A stretch of DNA of 64,000 bases from the NCBI RefSeq assembly GCF_964188315.1, contig NC_135657.1, forward strand, positions 76,074,001-76,138,000, given 5' to 3'. Positions within the stretch are counted from its first letter, which is position 1. Every line of letters starts with the position of its first letter. The notes beneath the pieces are model-generated. The model ran no database searches, was not told the origin of the DNA, and was given only the letters and a program-made list of their open reading frames with translations. Positions 60,404 to 64,000 of the stretch are shown here, one piece after another. A program made the position numbers and the translations under genes. This DNA is from Podarcis muralis (Eukaryota).

Positions 60404-60590
60404 CTGTAATAGACTTGGTGCAGGCCACACACTTCTTTGCGTAGCGCCTGCTGAAGCACTCAAGGCAGTAGGGATGTTCATCTTTGGAAATGAACCGCTG
60501 TCCTGCCAGCTGCTTCTCACATCCGGTACACAGAAAGCATTCTTTGTGCCAAGGCTGGTCATGATAGGTCACACCGCCAGCAGTTATCAC
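60404..60590 (-). CDS. FHL5: FHL5 penultimate coding exon, 187 nt (LIM3 to LIM4 start)
   Basis: AG|GTGATA ... ACAG|GTAACT. Reads VITAGGVTYHDQPWHKECFLCTGCEKQLAGQRFISKDEHPYCLECFSRRYAKKCVACTKSIT. Confidence 0.96.
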
Positions 60591-61790
60591 CTATTGGATG
60601 ATAAAGGAGCATTTGTAGTCAGATGCTGAACTTGGGCATTAAGTACAAAACCAAAGGTTAATAAGCACCACACTTCCTTGGTTAATTTATAAAAAGAGAG
60701 GGATGCTGAATATCCAGCGTACTTGGGAGTCACCCCACGATCAAGGAAAATGTCACTCCGGTTCTCTGTAGCAAGGGGAAAAGGCACTCTACACATGCTC
60801 AGAAGAATTATTTTCTTTTTTATTACTAATGTCCAACAGGGTTGGCTCTGAGACTATTCCTACAGAAACAGCTGCTGGTTGTAAAGGAGAAATGGATAAG
60901 AGGCTGCTGGACTGCCAACAGGAAATGCAGCATTGAGATTTTTAGAAGTATACTTAAACAGAAGGGCTCTGGCTTGGTGTTATATTGTGGAATTGCGTGG
61001 GTAGATGGACAGCTGAAGCATACTTTCAAGACAATCCAATGTATGCCAACCAGAAGTCCCACTGTGCCCAATGGACCACTTCCTAATAAGTGGTTTTAGG
61101 ACTGAAGCCTTCATATGATTTTCTCTCTAACAGTACAATCTTATATATGTCCATTCAGAAGTCTAATTGTGTCAAATGGGAGTTATTCCCAATAATGACA
61201 CACCTGTGCCTCCTAGATTAGGCTTTCCCAACCTTGTGTCCTCCAATGTTGTTGACTACAACTTCCAACATCCCTCACCACTGGGTCTGATGGCTGGGAC
61301 CCAAAGTTGGAAAATACTGCACTAAATGATGACTTGGGGGGGGCACCCATCTTGTATCCCATAAGGTGCTCCTGAAATGTAAAATGCACCATTGAATGCA
61401 TTGTTGGTGCTATTAGCATTCACCTTCTGCACACCTGTTCACCGCATGTAATTTTGACAATGGAAACAGATTCAGAGTATCTGCTTCCTCCCATCTCTTG
61501 GCAGTGAATTCTATCAAACCTGAGGATGTTTGCATCAGGGTCATTGTAAGAAAGAATATTTTTTGGTTTGTTAACAAACATTATACTGCTTAATATGAAG
61601 AGGGGTTTAAAGGTAATTATGGTCTCATGAATTATCTGAAGGAGTGCATTGCAGAGGGTGGCTGCTGTCACCAAGAGTGTCTGCTTCTCCTTTGTGGACA
61701 AATGACAACCCCCTGTTTGTGGAATGGTTCATTGTGATCACCTATCTCTCCACCCCCACTGCCCCAGTATTTTTCATTTCCTTCAATTAC

Positions 61791-61960
61791 CTTTTTGCAG
61801 GAGTAACAACACTGAGCAAATTGCTTCTCAAAACAAGGCACACAATAATTGTCGTTGTCCTTGGTAATCAAAGGCTTTGTCCCTAGCGGCTGCCGACAGT
61901 GTTGGCAAACAAAGCAAGCTTCGTGCCAACAACTTCCTTTAAACTCCATTTTGCGAGAAC
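61791..61960 (-). CDS. FHL5: FHL5 internal coding exon, 170 nt (LIM2 to LIM3 start)
   Basis: TTTTGCAG|GTTCT ... AAAAG|GTAATT. Reads SRKMEFKGSCWHEACFVCQHCRQPLGTKPLITKDNDNYCVPCFEKQFAQCCYSCKK. FHL5 is preferred over FHL2 from adjacency to GPR63. Confidence 0.96.
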
Positions 61961-64000
61961 CTGCAAAACCAATCATGAAACCTGACAGATTATTGGCCGG
62001 CTGGGAATGCTGTATTAAAAACTGTGCTAAAACAGTATGGTTAGGATATTATTTCTTCATTATCAATAATAGCACAACAGCCCCAGTTCAGCCAAGCACA
62101 GAAACTCATGGTTAAATTAAAGTTTTAATGTCAAAGTGAAATTGCCATCTCAAAACTAATCAAAGGACATAAAAATAAGATATAGGGAGGTAAGGTATTA
62201 ATATGTCCGATAGGGAAAGACATAATAATACATGTGGAGGTCTTTGCAGTTTTCCATATTTGTTTCAACAGATTTTCTTCGAAGTCTATGTACGCATTAC
62301 TGCTTTATTCTGCCTCAAGCATACACCCACCACAGGTGTTTGAAGCTGAGGAAACTTGACGTTAGTCACAGTCCATAGGTATCTTGCAGCATCTTGAAAA
62401 ATACCCTGGTGTGATGTGCTTTCCTTCAAATCAATTTCCGCAGAAGCCCTGGTTAAACTGAGGTGCGTACATTTGAGACAGCCATTGCACATGTGCGAAC
62501 GATGATGCGTGTGCAGATGAGAGCAGACACACAGATGACAGCTTCAGTGAATTGGAGTTTGTTGCAGGGAAGCAAATGAAGAAATGGACATTGGGTGTAG
62601 ACATCCCCCTTCTGGTCTGTACAGCAATGTTTTAGGTAAAAATCAGGAGCTTAAGTAAATCAGCAACATATTGCAGCTAGTTTGTCTAATCCTGAGCTGT
62701 TTTCTAAGTTTAGCCTAAATGGAATACTATAACACTTAATGGAAAATATTTTCAATTGACTATTGAAAATAAATGCAAAGACATTAGTTAACCAAGACTT
62801 TCCAACACCTCCTCTTCAAGGACTTGAAATAGCATGGTTTGAAATTGCAGTACAGGGGAAGCTTTACATAGAGGAGGAAGGCAGTTCAGGAAAATAGCTG
62901 TTTTGTACAAGTGGTAATTGAATATAGGGTAAGTATAATGAAAACAATGAGGTTCTAATTAGCTCCAAGTCCTGGGAAGCATTAAACTCCTATAGCCAGT
63001 GCTTGTGTGAATTGAGCACCTTTTCAAGACTCTTGTATCTTATGCTGGAAAGTGTCAACACTGCATTATTCCATTTTAGCTTCATGTTGGGTCTACAAAT
63101 TATTTCATCACTGCACTTTACCTGTACCAATAAACAATTTTTAGCAAGCCTATTATCCTCCTTTTTTAAAAAAGTTGATTAGTAGTAGAGGAAAATTGCT
63201 GTATATATGTGATAAGCTGAAATAAAACTCTGCTGTGAAACAAGCAGCCAAAAATAAGGTTGCCATCACATCTCTGTATCAGAACCAAGCAACAAAGAAT
63301 GCAAGAGTCCAAACCTCCCTGCATTTTTTTAGTAGTTGTGGGGGTTCTCTGGGGTTTACTGGAGAAGTGGCACAGGGTAGATGGACGGTCTTAGTCCTTT
63401 GTGCCTACACTGCTCCCCCAATCTAAATGTTCCCCTGAGGCTGGTACTGGGCTCACGGTGGGGATGTATGGGTACCTCAATAAAATTTTGAAAAGTTGTG
63501 AAATCCAGTGATGGTTCTATGCCAGACTTTATGGTATCACATGTAGTTTGGCTCTCACATCACTGCACTGCCCACTGTCTCTGTGACCCTTCTGATTGCA
63601 TCTGACTAGGCTGCTTGAATTAAAAGAAACTAGCTACCTATCACTATCAGTGCTTCATACCTTCAGCCATAGTTGTCTAAATTCAGCTGCCGAATCCCAT
63701 TCCTAAATCAACTCACAGGACTCAGCTATACAGCTGCAAATATAACGTCTTAGGTGTGTTTTAAGTGCATTATACAAATATGACATTAGATGGCGATGGT
63801 GAGCTTATGGCAAATTCAATATATTTTTCAAAACACTTTTTTAAAAAAGCACTTTCACAGTGTTTTTTTAAAAATTTGTGTATAGATTCCACCACAGTCA
63901 CGTTGGTCTTCCAATTTATTCAGAAGGGACCATAAGTACAGCTTAGACAGATTTAACATTAAGCATACTAATTTAATTGTGTGACTGCTACTAGTGTCCA

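Noticed and set aside
62000-64000. Upstream FHL5 exons
   Set aside because: No LIM1 or half-LIM coding pattern was found on the minus strand; they presumably lie beyond the window.
1-64000. CRISPR array, rRNA or prokaryotic systems
   Set aside because: No regularly spaced repeat-spacer array or rRNA-like sequence was seen, and the window is vertebrate genomic DNA.

Overview
Vertebrate genomic DNA. The SINE, L2, CR1 and MITE content points to a squamate, probably a lacertid lizard (inference from repeat families). Two convergent genes are present. GPR63 (+) has a CpG-island promoter at about 1.2-2.3 kb, a long first intron, and a single coding exon with CDS 17339-18595 (418 aa). FHL5 (-) contributes its last three coding exons (61791-61960, 60404-60590, 55705-55856); its upstream exons lie beyond the window. 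The standout feature is a 5097-bp full-length Ty1/Copia LTR retrotransposon on the minus strand (36742-41838). It has two 385-bp LTRs that look identical by eye, a GAAAA target-site duplication and one uninterrupted 1363-aa ORF. Its Pol domains are canonical, but its Gag lacks most of the capsid-like region and the CCHC knuckle, carrying a 33-34 aa tandem repeat instead, and its primer-binding site is non-canonical. GPR63 also has Leu in place of the conserved Trp in the TM6 CWxP motif, and a dense uORF cluster upstream. The rest is typical squamate repeat landscape plus a 581-N gap. All alignments were done by eye; no database searches were run.
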